A stretch of DNA of 64,000 nucleotides from a virus, in IMG/VR virus record IMGVR_UViG_3300028590_000013, positions 1 through 64,000 of that record. One strand, written 5' to 3'. The notes beneath the pieces were generated by a model. It was given only the letters and a program-made list of their open reading frames with translations, was not told where the DNA came from and did not search any database. This document shows positions 46,210-56,153 of the stretch, piece after piece. Within the stretch, counting starts at the first letter, position 1, and each line of letters begins with the position of its first letter. The position numbers were made by a program, and so were the translations under genes.

Positions 46210-46488
46210 TTACCTCCGTTTGTTCAGTGCTTCGAGCTTCTCAGCCTCAGCTTTGTTGAAGCGATAGAGGTTCTCGTCCTCTACGTCAATCGCCTCGTTA
46301 AGCAGCATGACACGGCCCAACGAGATGCTGCCGTCGTAGAGAGCGGCCTCTGGGAGGACGCGCCGCATGACAGGGCGGTACATCTGGTCCTCGCCCTCCA
46401 CCATGCCGATAGTCTCTACGCTGCTGGAGCCTCGGGACTTGCTGAGGAGCTTCTCGATTCGACCTGCGCGAGAAGCTCCTTGAAAAAA
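46210..46488 (-). CDS. Tail assembly chaperone, -1 frameshift extension (GT-like)
   Basis: -1 frame open from the slippery site; GED..YRPV...LYDGSISL....LNEAIDVEDEN. Confidence 0.65.
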   Translation of the reverse strand, partial: FFQGASRAGRIEKLLSKSRGSSSVETIGMVEGEDQMYRPVMRRVLPEAALYDGSISLGRVMLLNEAIDVEDENLYRFNKAEAEKLEALNKRR

Positions 46489-46880
46489 TCCTCCAGATTG
46501 ACCTGGAGGACGGCCACCACGATAGCGATCATGTGCTGCATCTTGATGTCCTCGTACTGCAGCGCCGCGCCCGTGCTGACAGGCGCCCACATGTCTTTGC
46601 CACCGGGGCCCTTCTCGGCCCGCTTCACCACGCCCAAGCAAGTGGCGAAGATGTAGTCAGTCTGCTCGTCACTCATCGTGGAGAGCACTTGGCTCACCGG
46701 GCCCAGCACAGGCATGAGCTGATCCACGTCAATGCTGCGATGCTGCAGGATCGTGGCAAAGCTAATGCCCATGGTGGCGAGGAGGGGGGCGATGCGGCGA
46801 CTCACATGGAATTGCTGCATCGCGTTGAGCTGGCCGATCTGGTACTTGTGGCCGCCGATGACGGGTTCGGGATTGATCAT
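46416..46880 (-). CDS. Tail assembly chaperone (G-like)
   Basis: Y.IGQLNAMQQFHVSRRIAP; lies between tube and tape measure. Confidence 0.8.
   Translation of the reverse strand: MINPEPVIGGHKYQIGQLNAMQQFHVSRRIAPLLATMGISFATILQHRSIDVDQLMPVLGPVSQVLSTMSDEQTDYIFATCLGVVKRAEKGPGGKDMWAPVSTGAALQYEDIKMQHMIAIVVAVLQVNLEDFFKELLAQVESRSSSASPEAPAA
46482..46488 (-). other. -1 programmed frameshift heptamer T TTT TTC
   Basis: In-frame GAT TTT TTC near the end of the chaperone; -1 frame open to 46210. Confidence 0.7.
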
Positions 46881-46904
46881 TTATTGGTCTCCTGGGGATT
46901 AAAC

Positions 46905-47345
46905 TTACACGCCGAGGTTGGCGTCGCAGCGCACGACGTCGAACTCCCACGACACGATGCCGCCTTCCTTGGCGTAGGTGAGATCGGGCACCTTGGAGAA
47001 GGCGGTCTGACGGCAGGAGATGCCGTCATTGCGGCTCACGTCAGCGATGACCAGCGTGTTCTGGCCGTGGAGGGCGCCACTCGAACGCTGGAAGTTCGCC
47101 ATCTGCATGAGCTTCGCATTGGTAGGCGAAGTCTTCAGCAGGTTGACGGTGACCTTGGCGCTGCGGTCAGCGAAGAGGCTGTGCATGCCCTCGCCGTCCG
47201 CACCGATGGTCATGCCGTTGAAGGGGCCCGTGGGCACGATCGTGATGCCTTCCTCACTGTTGCCGGCACCGGCACCGATGGAAAAGGCCCCACCGGGGCC
47301 CGTGATCGATGCCGTGACGTCGAGGAAGCTGTAGGTCTTGCTCAT
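46905..47345 (-). CDS. Tail tube protein (DUF3277-like)
   Basis: TYSF.DV..SITGP, EEGITI, MTIGADG..MHS, LLKTSPTN. Confidence 0.85.
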   Translation of the reverse strand: MSKTYSFLDVTASITGPGGAFSIGAGAGNSEEGITIVPTGPFNGMTIGADGEGMHSLFADRSAKVTVNLLKTSPTNAKLMQMANFQRSSGALHGQNTLVIADVSRNDGISCRQTAFSKVPDLTYAKEGGIVSWEFDVVRCDANLGV

Positions 47346-47372
47346 TGCTCTACTCCTGAAGTTGCTTTGGGT

Positions 47373-48857
47373 TTACTGATTGACCGTGACAGCGATGTCG
47401 ACGTGGTGGATGGCGCCTGCCAGCTTGGCGGCGATCTGGATGGGCACGGCAAGGCGGGCCGCACGATCGGCGGGGTCTTGCGTGTCCACGTTGGGAGCGT
47501 AGACGTAGTAACCCTTCTCCAGGTAGGAGCCCTGGGTGATGGTGCCGAAGCCGTTGCTGTTCCACACGCCCGGAGCCAGCAGGCCATTCACCACGGCCTG
47601 GGCACAGACAGCCTCGCACGTGGTCGTGAGGAGCTGCATGCCAGCATTGGTCTGCGGGATCTTCGTGGGGCTCGTGTAGAGCAGGTTGTAGACGCGCTGC
47701 TGCAGCTCGACGGCAAGCCAGTCGGTGCCCGTCACGATGTCCACGAACGTGCCATCGGTCATCACGCCTTGCTCGATGATGGCCGTGTCGTTGTTGTAGT
47801 TCACGAAGATGTTGGCGTTCTTCGCTTCGGCTGCATCGGCTTGGTTGCTGTTCAGCGATTCCGCCACGACGCCAGGCTCCTGCTTGAACTTCAGGGTCAT
47901 CACCGTGTTGTTGCCGTTGAAGTCCGTGGTCAGGATCCGGCCTGCCGCACTGAAGGCGGCAAACAGATCGCTGCTGGAGAACTGCACGAACGTACGGCGG
48001 TAGTTGAGCTGCGAGAGCAGGTAGGCGATATCGGTGGTGGACACCGTCGAGAGCACGCCCGCTTCGTTGGTCGTGAGCCAGTAGGTGTGCTTCGTGTTCG
48101 TGCCTTCGATGAAGCCAGCAATGGCCAGGTGATCGGCATTGGCAGCAGAGGGCACGCCCACGCCATACCACTTCTGGCCCAGCATGGCATCCATGAGCTG
48201 CACAGCGGCCACCGCGGACTCGGCAACCTGCCCCGTGAAGAGGTAGGCGCCACTCGAGGCCGCCGTCATGCCGATCAGCGTGGAGATGTCGGTGCCCGTG
48301 GCGGCAGCCTGCATGAAGCTGATGGCCGAGGCAGCGCCGGTCGTGTTGCTGGTGATCTCGAAGCGCTGGTAGTTGGCGTTCCAGATCACCGTAGTGCCGA
48401 CAAGGGCCGTCTGGATGATGGCCGCCACTGCGTTGAGGTTCGCGGCAGCCGAGAAGTCCAAGCCCGTGATGTCAGCAGCGGCTGCGCCATCCTTGGCGAT
48501 CTTGAAGGAACCCGTGGTGATGGCGTTCCAGGTGGCGATCAGCTGACTCGAAGAGGGCAGCGTGGCACCGCGGATGCCGCCCTTGCTTGCCGCATTCACC
48601 CAGCGGGCGATGAGCATCTCGGTGGGCTGGGGCGACTGGCTGAACCAGCGCTGTGCCGCTTTGTATTCCTCGGCGAGCAGGCCGAAGTCATTGGCGACGT
48701 CCGTGAGGTCCGTGTAGCTGCGGTAGCGCTCCACCGGGTCAATGATGGCTGAGGTGCCCATGACCAGCATGTTGGAAAGGCTTTGCGCCTGGGCGCCGGC
48801 TTGCGTCAGGAAGACGCTGACGGCGACGACACGCGAAACGGAAAGGGAGGGCTTCAT
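47373..48857 (-). CDS. Tail sheath protein (DUF3383-like)
   Basis: DFG...EEYKAA..WFSQSPQP, TLKFKQEPGV, KIPQT..G, KLAGAIH. Confidence 0.9.
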   Translation of the reverse strand: MKPSLSVSRVVAVSVFLTQAGAQAQSLSNMLVMGTSAIIDPVERYRSYTDLTDVANDFGLLAEEYKAAQRWFSQSPQPTEMLIARWVNAASKGGIRGATLPSSSQLIATWNAITTGSFKIAKDGAAAADITGLDFSAAANLNAVAAIIQTALVGTTVIWNANYQRFEITSNTTGAASAISFMQAAATGTDISTLIGMTAASSGAYLFTGQVAESAVAAVQLMDAMLGQKWYGVGVPSAANADHLAIAGFIEGTNTKHTYWLTTNEAGVLSTVSTTDIAYLLSQLNYRRTFVQFSSSDLFAAFSAAGRILTTDFNGNNTVMTLKFKQEPGVVAESLNSNQADAAEAKNANIFVNYNNDTAIIEQGVMTDGTFVDIVTGTDWLAVELQQRVYNLLYTSPTKIPQTNAGMQLLTTTCEAVCAQAVVNGLLAPGVWNSNGFGTITQGSYLEKGYYVYAPNVDTQDPADRAARLAVPIQIAAKLAGAIHHVDIAVTVNQ

Positions 48858-48868
48858 TTTGGCTTCCT

Positions 48869-49444
48869 TCAGGGGGTGGGAGGGCTGACGATGATGGGAG
48901 TGATGTAGTGCTCGTTGTCCAGGCCGATACCGGCGCTGTTGATCGAGGCACTCTTGTAGACGCGGCGAATGCGACGGCGCAAGAGCACAGGGAGGTCATA
49001 GCGCTGCTGATAGACCTCCTTCACCAGAGAGGGTAGGTGGCGCTCTCGCGCCGTGTTGACGAGCTTGATGCCTTCACGGCCAAGGGCGAAACGGTTCTGC
49101 TCGATCTGCAGGCCATCCTTGAAGATGCCGCACACGCGCTGCGAGTTCGGCCCATAAAAGGAAGCCAAGAGATTGATCTCTTGGTCACGCTCCAGCTCGA
49201 TATCCGTTTCGTTGACCTGCCGGATGAAGGCGAAGGCATCGGCGTCGCTCGTGTTGATGAGCAGCGCCACCCAGTTCACCGAGAAGTCGGGAAGCAGGGG
49301 TGGATTGGGTTGAGCCGAGGGCCGCACCAGCGTAGGGAGCAGACCAGTGATGCCAACCACCGTTTCTTGGATGACGTCAACTAGGACGTCATCCTCCAGA
49401 ATAGCGGGTAGGGCCTCTGGTAGCACAAAGGGGACTGTTGCCAT
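48869..49444 (-). CDS. Tail terminator / neck protein
   Basis: GITGL...LVRP, SFYGP, GLQIEQN, RYD; upstream of sheath. Confidence 0.7.
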   Translation of the reverse strand: MATVPFVLPEALPAILEDDVLVDVIQETVVGITGLLPTLVRPSAQPNPPLLPDFSVNWVALLINTSDADAFAFIRQVNETDIELERDQEINLLASFYGPNSQRVCGIFKDGLQIEQNRFALGREGIKLVNTARERHLPSLVKEVYQQRYDLPVLLRRRIRRVYKSASINSAGIGLDNEHYITPIIVSPPTP

Positions 49445-49452
49445 TGCTTCTC

Positions 49453-49884
49453 CTATTGCGGGACGTCCACGGCCTTCTGGGACGATGCCACGACCTCGTA
49501 GACGCCTTGCCCGTAGCGGCCATAGGGCAGCACTTGCTCAACGACGTAATCGGTGGCGCCGAAGGCATCGGCCCCGGCTGCAGTGACCGGCCAGCGGATA
49601 ACGTCGGGCTGGTAATGCGTCAAGCCATCGGGGCTCACGCTTGCGCCACGAAAGGCGAAGACGGAGGCCACAAAGATCTTGCGAGGCACGTGCACCTCGG
49701 CTTCCCGCTTCATGATGTCGGCGGGATCCTGCTGCGTGACGACGCCCAACAGACCCACGAAGGTTTCCGTGGTGGGGGCCGTCATGCGGCCATGCACGTC
49801 GAGCACCTCTGTGCGGCGGCGCACACTGAAGCTATCGGTGAGCATGGGGTCTTGCGTCACGAAACTAACGTCAAGTAGCGGCAT
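49453..49884 (-). CDS. Head closure / head-tail joining protein
   Basis: MPLLDVS.V..DP...D.F.V.R; position in the neck cluster. Confidence 0.65.
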   Translation of the reverse strand: MPLLDVSFVTQDPMLTDSFSVRRRTEVLDVHGRMTAPTTETFVGLLGVVTQQDPADIMKREAEVHVPRKIFVASVFAFRGASVSPDGLTHYQPDVIRWPVTAAGADAFGATDYVVEQVLPYGRYGQGVYEVVASSQKAVDVPQ

Positions 49885-50521
49885 TTTCGCCCTCCTGTTT
49901 CTTCTTCCTGCTACGAATCACGAAGGTCACGGCGTTGCGCATCTGCGCGGTGTCGACGAGGGGCTTCGCGTATTCAGTGCTGGGCTCTTCACCGGCCCAG
50001 CGGCGATCCAGCTCCTGCGCCGCACCCTTGCGGGCACCACCGCCGTTCTTGCGCCCCTTCTTCATGCGCTGACGCAACGTGAAGTCGGAGAGGGGAGGGG
50101 GGATGCCCTCGTTGATCGTGCGCTTGATGCTGTTGGCCGCCTTGAAGCCGACCTGCGTGAGGCCCGCCATAGCCTTCTCGGGGCCGCCACCGGCGAGAAC
50201 CGCCTTGGCCGTTTTGGAGAGCAGCTCCGTGACGTCATCGAGCACGGCCTCCACGCCTGGCGTCATGAACTCGCGCTGTGGGATGTTGGCCTCAGGCGCG
50301 CCGTTGTCGTGGATGTAGCCGAGCACGGCATTCGTGAGGTCGGTGTCGACGGGCTTGCCGTTCTCGTCCAGGGCGGGCTTGCGGTCGCTCGTGTCGTCCG
50401 GGAAGCCCACTAACACGCGGGCATCAAGGAGGATCTCCAGCCCAGCTAGGAGATCCTGCAGCTCGCCTTTGAAGCTGATCTTCTTGACGCCTGTATCCCC
50501 AAGGCCACGCTTGCTTGCCAC
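49871..50521 (-). CDS. Neck / tail completion protein
   Basis: VLVG.P, NA.LGYIH..G.P..NIP.R.F, KPLVDT.QMRN. Confidence 0.7.
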   Translation of the reverse strand: MASKRGLGDTGVKKISFKGELQDLLAGLEILLDARVLVGFPDDTSDRKPALDENGKPVDTDLTNAVLGYIHDNGAPEANIPQREFMTPGVEAVLDDVTELLSKTAKAVLAGGGPEKAMAGLTQVGFKAANSIKRTINEGIPPPLSDFTLRQRMKKGRKNGGGARKGAAQELDRRWAGEEPSTEYAKPLVDTAQMRNAVTFVIRSRKKKQEGENAAT

Positions 50522-50991
50522 TACTGCACCGGCTGGGGGAAGACGACTCCAGGCCACGCAAGGCCGGGGTCGTAGTTGCTGCCGCCTTCGGGGACGCCTA
50601 CCTGAACGGGACCGGCGCCGACCATCCGCACGAGCTGGATGTAGCGCAGGCCATACGAGGTGAGATTCCAGTGGCCGTTCTTCGGATCCATGGCAACGCC
50701 TGGATTGCGCGAGTAGCTGACCTTGTCGACACTGCCCGAAGTGAGGGGGCCCACAATGGCCCCAGGCGTGCCACCGCCACCAGAGCCTGTGCTCATGGCT
50801 TCGAGGGCGAGGTTGTGGGCTACGAACAGCATGATGCCGTAGCTCTGCAGATCTCCCCAGCGGTAAGCGTTAGCCACGAGGAGGTTGCCGAGATTGATCC
50901 AAAAATTGATCTCGGCATCGGGGTATTTGGTGACGTCCGAGAACGCCGGGAATGCCGCCCTGAATTCGGCCACGGTGACGGGAAGAGCCAT
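50521..50991 (-). CDS. Head-tail adaptor (DUF4054-like)
   Basis: FRA.FP.F.D...YPD, LFVAHNL, SVDKVSYS, WNLT.YG. Confidence 0.85.
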   Translation of the reverse strand: MALPVTVAEFRAAFPAFSDVTKYPDAEINFWINLGNLLVANAYRWGDLQSYGIMLFVAHNLALEAMSTGSGGGGTPGAIVGPLTSGSVDKVSYSRNPGVAMDPKNGHWNLTSYGLRYIQLVRMVGAGPVQVGVPEGGSNYDPGLAWPGVVFPQPVQ

Positions 50992-51017
50992 GTGGCCTCC
51001 TTCTTTAAGGGTGGGGG

Positions 51018-51527
51018 TTACTTGATGACGACGCCATTGGCCTCGGCGTACCAGTGCTCGGCGTGCTCCTTCGGCATGCGCGTCGTGCCGACCGGGTAGA
51101 CGTGCATCTGGTGGTTGTCGTCGAGCATCTGGAAGTGCTTGGTCGTGGGCTCGACTTCCACTTCCTCGTCGCTGGCCAGCTTGGCGCGCTTGCGCGGGCC
51201 CACGGTCGTGCCGCCGAGGGTGGCCGCATTGGCCAGGCCACCGGCGCCCGGATGCTTGTTGGCATCTTCGAGGTCGTTGTTCTGGTTCGGCGTGGGAGCT
51301 GCCGCCACGACTGCATCGGCAGCGCGCACGGCGTCCGTGGCTTCCTTGTCGACGGCGGCATCGACGGCGGGATCGCGCGTGTTGTCGGTGCCAGCGTCAT
51401 TGCCGTCACGAGGATCGGCGCTGACTCGGGGGGAGGGGGCACGCTCAGGGGTGAGGGGCGTGCGTTTGACTGCCGGCGCGGCGGCCTTCGTGGCGGATGC
51501 GGCGGGTTTCTTGTTGGCTGCTGCCAT
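51018..51527 (-). CDS. Capsid-associated hypothetical protein with disordered N-terminus
   Basis: AAGGAG RBS; C-terminal MP.EHAEHWYA..NG. Confidence 0.65.
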   Translation of the reverse strand: MAAANKKPAASATKAAAPAVKRTPLTPERAPSPRVSADPRDGNDAGTDNTRDPAVDAAVDKEATDAVRAADAVVAAAPTPNQNNDLEDANKHPGAGGLANAATLGGTTVGPRKRAKLASDEEVEVEPTTKHFQMLDDNHQMHVYPVGTTRMPKEHAEHWYAEANGVVIK

Positions 51528-51558
51528 GGTGTGCTCCTTGAAAGGGATGGGATGAAGT

Positions 51559-51590
51559 AAGCCGCCTCGACGGGATTGCCGAGGCGGCTT
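51559..51590 (-). terminator. 11-bp hairpin after the capsid gene (weak terminator or RNA stabiliser)
   Basis: AAGCCGCCTCG/CGAGGCGGCTT; poor U tract. Confidence 0.55.
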
Positions 51591-51626
51591 GCGTTCCTCA
51601 CTCACAGGCCTTGCGGCCCTCGCGGC

Positions 51627-52820
51627 TTAGAAGCCGTCGCGGTATGCGATCGTCTCGGGGTAGACGACTTCGACGACGCCCAGGCGGCAGAAGTACGTCG
51701 ACTTGTGGTAGATCGAGTCGTACTGCACCGGGGTGCGCTGCAGCGGGGTCATGGGGAAGCGCAGGTACTTCTTGTCCTTGCGGTACGCCACCATGCGGTC
51801 GGCACCGCTCACGCCGATGTTGCCGCCGACGCCCGCGCCCACCAGCCACTTCGCCGGAGCGATGACGATGTTACCCAGGCCCTGCGCCACCAGCAGGTTG
51901 TTCTCCATGATGAACTTCAGGATGGAGCCCGTGCCAGCCGAGGTGACCGGCGTCGAGTTGATGTAGCCGAACTTCAGCGGCGGCAGGAGCAGCCGGTTGG
52001 GCAGCACCGCGTAGGCCGAAGCAGCCCAGGCCGAGAAGATGATCTCGTTGATGTCCGCGAGGATCTCGTTGGGCGTCTTGTTGCTCCACAGGGGGGAGCC
52101 ACCGACGCCGTTGGGCACGTTGGCGATGTTGGTCACCAGCGCGTTGTTCACGAGACCGCCGACGGCCAGCGTGGCATCACCCACGTAGACCTGCTCATCG
52201 GTGTCCATCTGCAGCTTCAGCTGGAGGGCTTCGTACTTCTGCGCGTCGATGGGGCGGCCCATCTTCGCAGCGCTCTCGAGTTCGAGGATGGAGTACTTGA
52301 TCTCCAGACCCCACGGGGTCAGCGGGTTCGGGATCTTGCCCGTGTCCACGCCGACACCGGAGATCTGGTCGGTGGCCTTGCCGATCCAGGCCTTGCCGTT
52401 GCGCACGCCGTTACCCGTGCCCAGCGAGCCCTGGCTACCGAAGGCCGTCAGCGTGAAGCTGGAGACTTCGTCGGCGATGGTCACATCCTCGCGCAGCTCG
52501 ATGTCGCGGCTCCAGGTCACAGCCGCGAGCGGCGTGTTGATGGTCTGGTCGAGGCGTTCGAGTTCGCCGATGAGGAAGGCGCCCGTGCTGTCCACGGTGC
52601 GCTTGCCGTCCCAGGTGCGGTAGCTGTGGTCCAGCACCTTGCCGCGCATGTTGCCGTAGCCGTCGAGCGGCGTGAAGGGCAGCATGGCGTTGTCGAACGT
52701 CAGCGCCGTGTCGCGGGTGCGGGCACGGATGATGGCCGGCGCACCGGGGAGCACCAGAGGGCTTGCGCCCATGGCGACCAGTGCTGCAGCTGCCACGTTG
52801 GAGGAGAAGAGGCGTTTCAT
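51627..52820 (-). CDS. Major capsid protein (DUF2184-like)
   Basis: DSTGAFLIGELERLD, TWSRDI.LREDV, GRPID.QK, VYVGD, VEVVYPETI.YRDG. Confidence 0.92.
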   Translation of the reverse strand: MKRLFSSNVAAAALVAMGASPLVLPGAPAIIRARTRDTALTFDNAMLPFTPLDGYGNMRGKVLDHSYRTWDGKRTVDSTGAFLIGELERLDQTINTPLAAVTWSRDIELREDVTIADEVSSFTLTAFGSQGSLGTGNGVRNGKAWIGKATDQISGVGVDTGKIPNPLTPWGLEIKYSILELESAAKMGRPIDAQKYEALQLKLQMDTDEQVYVGDATLAVGGLVNNALVTNIANVPNGVGGSPLWSNKTPNEILADINEIIFSAWAASAYAVLPNRLLLPPLKFGYINSTPVTSAGTGSILKFIMENNLLVAQGLGNIVIAPAKWLVGAGVGGNIGVSGADRMVAYRKDKKYLRFPMTPLQRTPVQYDSIYHKSTYFCRLGVVEVVYPETIAYRDGF

Positions 52821-52878
52821 TTTGTCGAGTCCTTGAATCTGTTGAAGGATGGTTAACCGGTCTGACGTTGGCCTTGGC

Positions 52879-53481
52879 TTACGCCAGCGGTGCCGCCACC
52901 TGGATTTCGGTCACGCCGCCTGCATCGGTCGGGCCGTTCCACTTCGCGTTGGTGATCGCGATGGTGTTGGCACCGTTCGCCACGCTCTCGAAGCCGCCCT
53001 GGACGTGAGCGCCGCTGGAGGCCGTCACCCACACGAACACGGCGCCGCCCTTGGTGGGCTGCTGAGTCGCGAAGTTGTTGCAGCGCGCCATGATGAAGCC
53101 CTCGTTGAGGACGTCGATCACCTGGTTGCCCAGGGGACCAGGAGCCGCGCCGAGAGGCGAGGCCATGCCGCCCGTTTGCTGCTGGGTGGGGTAGGGGCGC
53201 ACGAGGATGCCGTCGATCTTCGTGACCGCGGTATCGCTGGCCAGCACAGCACGGTAGCTGTTCGTGGCCGTGTCGATCAGCACGGGGTCGCCGTAGAGGC
53301 GCGGCGGGTTCGTGGGGTTGCTCAGGCCCGGCAGCACCGAGAAAGGATGCGTGCGGTTCGGGTCACCGGGGAAGCCTGCGGGCATGCGCAGGTTGTAGGC
53401 AACGTCGCGGGTCTTGGCGCGCACGCCCGAAGAAGCGAGAGCCAGAGCAGCAACGGCGTAGGCGATGAGAGACTTTTTCAT
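52879..53481 (-). CDS. Head decoration / cement protein
   Basis: RMPAG.PG..., GILVRPYP, between protease and capsid. Confidence 0.75.
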   Translation of the reverse strand: MKKSLIAYAVAALALASSGVRAKTRDVAYNLRMPAGFPGDPNRTHPFSVLPGLSNPTNPPRLYGDPVLIDTATNSYRAVLASDTAVTKIDGILVRPYPTQQQTGGMASPLGAAPGPLGNQVIDVLNEGFIMARCNNFATQQPTKGGAVFVWVTASSGAHVQGGFESVANGANTIAITNAKWNGPTDAGGVTEIQVAAPLA

Positions 53482-53542
53482 TTCGTAGTCCTGTTCAGGA
53501 AGTTGAAGATTGGGATGCTGGGTTGTGGTCGGGCTTTTCGTC

Positions 53543-54958
53543 TTATTGGCCCTTCCAGAAGTCATCAGCAGCCTTGTTGAAGTCGGCCGGGCTGGGGAGC
53601 TTCGGCGCGCCGACGTCGAGGATGCCCGTGGGGGCGCCCATCGTCTTGCTGTCGCGGGTTGCCGTGGCGTTGTTGGCCGCAGCCTTCATGCCAGCCGCAG
53701 CCGTGAAGAGCGTGGCGCAGCCCGCGCAGTCCATGCTCAGCAGATCCACGGCGTTGCCACCGTTGGCAGCGAGCAGCATGACCGCGCCTTCGGGAGTGGC
53801 GCCGAAGGCATCGAGCACCTTGCGGCGCACGTTGCACATGCGGTCCACGGTGGCGGCGCGCGTGATGGCAGCGTCGAAGGTCGGCACCTTGAAGCCAGGC
53901 TGCAGGATCTCGGCCTGGCTGGCGAGTGCCGTGTAGCTCGTGGCGAGTGCCGCGCTGTCGCCGGTGGAGGCCTTGGCTTTCTTGCGCTTGCCGCCCTTGC
54001 CGTCGTCTTCCATCTCGTCGTCGTCCTCTTCGGTCGCCGCGTCGATGGTCTTGCCGGCCTTGAGCAGGGCCTTGATCTCTTCGATGCCGCCTTCGAGCTT
54101 CACGAAGCGCTCCTCGGTGGCAGCGGCGTCCAGGGTCTTGGCGTTGCCTTCGTTGGCGGGGCCGCCGTAGTTGTGCACGTGGACATGCGTGGCCAGGCCG
54201 CCGTCTTCTTCGCCCTCACCTTCGAGGGCTTCGAGTTCGGCCTGGGCATCACGCACCTTCTGGCGCGCGGCTTCTTTGCTGGCTTCGTCGACGAGTTGAA
54301 CGCGCGCATTGCGCAGGGGAGTACGGGATGCCATGGGAGTTTCCTTTAGTGGCGTGGGTGGAACAAAGAAAGCGTTGTCGCCGATTGCGCAGCGAGGACC
54401 ACAGCGGCCTTTTTCGACCAGTGCGATGTGGTTGCCGATGATGTTGGATTGACGGCCGAAGCCATCACCGAGATCGATGTAGTCGGCGTCGTAGCCGGCG
54501 CTAACTTCGATCTTGCCCTTGTCGATGGCCTCGATAAGAGCCTTGTTGGTCACGACGAGATCCGCGAGGAGCACGTCCTGATCGTCGCCCGAGCCCTGAC
54601 GTACGTTGATGGCGAAGCCACCGGCGATGCCATTCCAGTTGAGCGGCGTCACGTCGTCGGGCGGATGGTCGTTCGTCAGCGCTGCTGCGTTGAAGCTCGA
54701 CATCGTCAGGGGGTTGAAGAGGTCTTCGGTCTTGCGCTCGATGTAGACGATGCCATTGGCACCGGGCTTCACCGGCACTTCACCGGGGCCATAGAGGAGC
54801 CAACCACTCCGGGCAATGGGGACGGCCGTGCACAGCAGATTGCCGTTGGGCAAGAGCTGGCGGTTGGGGCCGATCTGGTGGACGGTGTGCACCGCCATCA
54901 CTTTCTCTTGTGTTGGCGGCCCACGGTCGAGGGTCGCACGTCGAATAGGGGTCTTCAC
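53543..54958 (-). CDS. Prohead protease/scaffold (DUF2213-like), with likely internal scaffold start at 54334
   Basis: PIAR.G...Y, T.DHP, EVSAGY, GNHIALV..GRCG.RC.IGD; AGGAGG RBS at the GTG; AAGGA before the internal ATG. Confidence 0.88.
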   Translation of the reverse strand: MKTPIRRATLDRGPPTQEKVMAVHTVHQIGPNRQLLPNGNLLCTAVPIARSGWLLYGPGEVPVKPGANGIVYIERKTEDLFNPLTMSSFNAAALTNDHPPDDVTPLNWNGIAGGFAINVRQGSGDDQDVLLADLVVTNKALIEAIDKGKIEVSAGYDADYIDLGDGFGRQSNIIGNHIALVEKGRCGPRCAIGDNAFFVPPTPLKETPMASRTPLRNARVQLVDEASKEAARQKVRDAQAELEALEGEGEEDGGLATHVHVHNYGGPANEGNAKTLDAAATEERFVKLEGGIEEIKALLKAGKTIDAATEEDDDEMEDDGKGGKRKKAKASTGDSAALATSYTALASQAEILQPGFKVPTFDAAITRAATVDRMCNVRRKVLDAFGATPEGAVMLLAANGGNAVDLLSMDCAGCATLFTAAAGMKAAANNATATRDSKTMGAPTGILDVGAPKLPSPADFNKAADDFWKGQ

Positions 54959-54971
54959 TGGATCCTCCTGT

Positions 54972-55391
54972 TTAAGTTGCGATGGTCCCGGACGTGCGGA
55001 GGGCCGCAAGCAGGGCGTTGAGTTGCGTGACGGCGCTTGCCTCGTCCGTGGCATCGACGACAGCTACGCCTTGGAGCACGAGGCCCCGCGTGGCGGCGCC
55101 GGCATTGGGCGGCGCGTAGTCACCAGCCTTGGCCGTGACGCTGGTCGTGCCAATGGCAAGGCTGCTCGTGCCCGCACCGATGGCCGTGCGTGCTGCCGCC
55201 TGCGTGGCGCCAGCTGCGATGACGGCCGGCTTGCCCGTGATGTCATCCCAGGCTACGGCACCAGCGGAAGGCGTGTAGGCGCTGCCGTCGGGCAAGAGGA
55301 TAGTGGTGTTGTCCTCGCTCACGCGAAGCACGCCGAGGGCCAGCAGATCGCGCAGGATGGGTGACGTCTGCGCGCGTGGAGTGGTTGCCAT
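54972..55391 (-). CDS. Head fibre-like protein
   Basis: WDDITGKP..., A....RG.V.Q..AV.D....QLNALLAALR..G.I. Confidence 0.65.
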   Translation of the reverse strand: MATTPRAQTSPILRDLLALGVLRVSEDNTTILLPDGSAYTPSAGAVAWDDITGKPAVIAAGATQAAARTAIGAGTSSLAIGTTSVTAKAGDYAPPNAGAATRGLVLQGVAVVDATDEASAVTQLNALLAALRTSGTIAT

Positions 55392-55403
55392 TGCTTGTCC
55401 TTT

Positions 55404-56153
55404 CTAGAGTTCGGGGAAGATGGGCTCCGCATAGCAGCGGCAGTTAGGGCCGCAGCCTGCGTGGTAGGGGTCGAGGTTCTTGTCCGTCTTTGGCGGCGAG
55501 TCCCAGCGAATGAACTTGCCGTTCTGTGCCTTGTGGGTTTCGCGCACGTCGCTATCCTCACTCGTGCGCCAGATGTAGCCCTCGCTGCCGACTTGCATGG
55601 CGCGGGCCTGATGGAAGTTCGCCGACGTGCGGGCCACCTCCGTGCGAGCGATGAGGCGGGCACGGCTCTTTGTCACGCCCGTGCTTGCCTGGATCTCGCG
55701 GCTGATGCTCTCGGCCCGGCGCCCCGTGGAGAGGGCCTCTGTGGTGAGCTGGTGCACGCGCTCGCCCGCCTTCGTGGGGATGCTCTTAATCAGCTCCACG
55801 TTCTCGGCCATCATCTCGCGGTACACCACGCCTTGGGGACTGGTGGCAAGCTCACGGCGGATCTCGCGGCCCATCTCCTTCCCCACGCGCTTCCAGATCA
55901 CTTCGTTGCGCCGGTTGACGTCAGCCACCATCGAGTTAGCCACGCTGGTGGCCCAGGGCGTGATGAGGGCGCTGTAGCGGTTGAGCATGTCGAGGAGGGC
56001 ACCCATGTCGGAGACCACGCCATTGGGGGCCATGGCGTCAATCATGGCCCCCACCTGCCGCGCTACCGTGAGGAGCCTACTCTGATACGAGCGCTCGACG
56101 CCGCTGGCCACCTCCCACTGACTTCGCTTTCCCGTTCTGTCCAGTCGTGCCAT
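55404..56153 (-). CDS. Mu gpF / SPP1 gp7-like minor head protein
   Basis: RARLIARTE, YIWRTS.D..VR..H, HAG...NCRCYAEP. Confidence 0.9.
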   Translation of the reverse strand: MARLDRTGKRSQWEVASGVERSYQSRLLTVARQVGAMIDAMAPNGVVSDMGALLDMLNRYSALITPWATSVANSMVADVNRRNEVIWKRVGKEMGREIRRELATSPQGVVYREMMAENVELIKSIPTKAGERVHQLTTEALSTGRRAESISREIQASTGVTKSRARLIARTEVARTSANFHQARAMQVGSEGYIWRTSEDSDVRETHKAQNGKFIRWDSPPKTDKNLDPYHAGCGPNCRCYAEPIFPEL

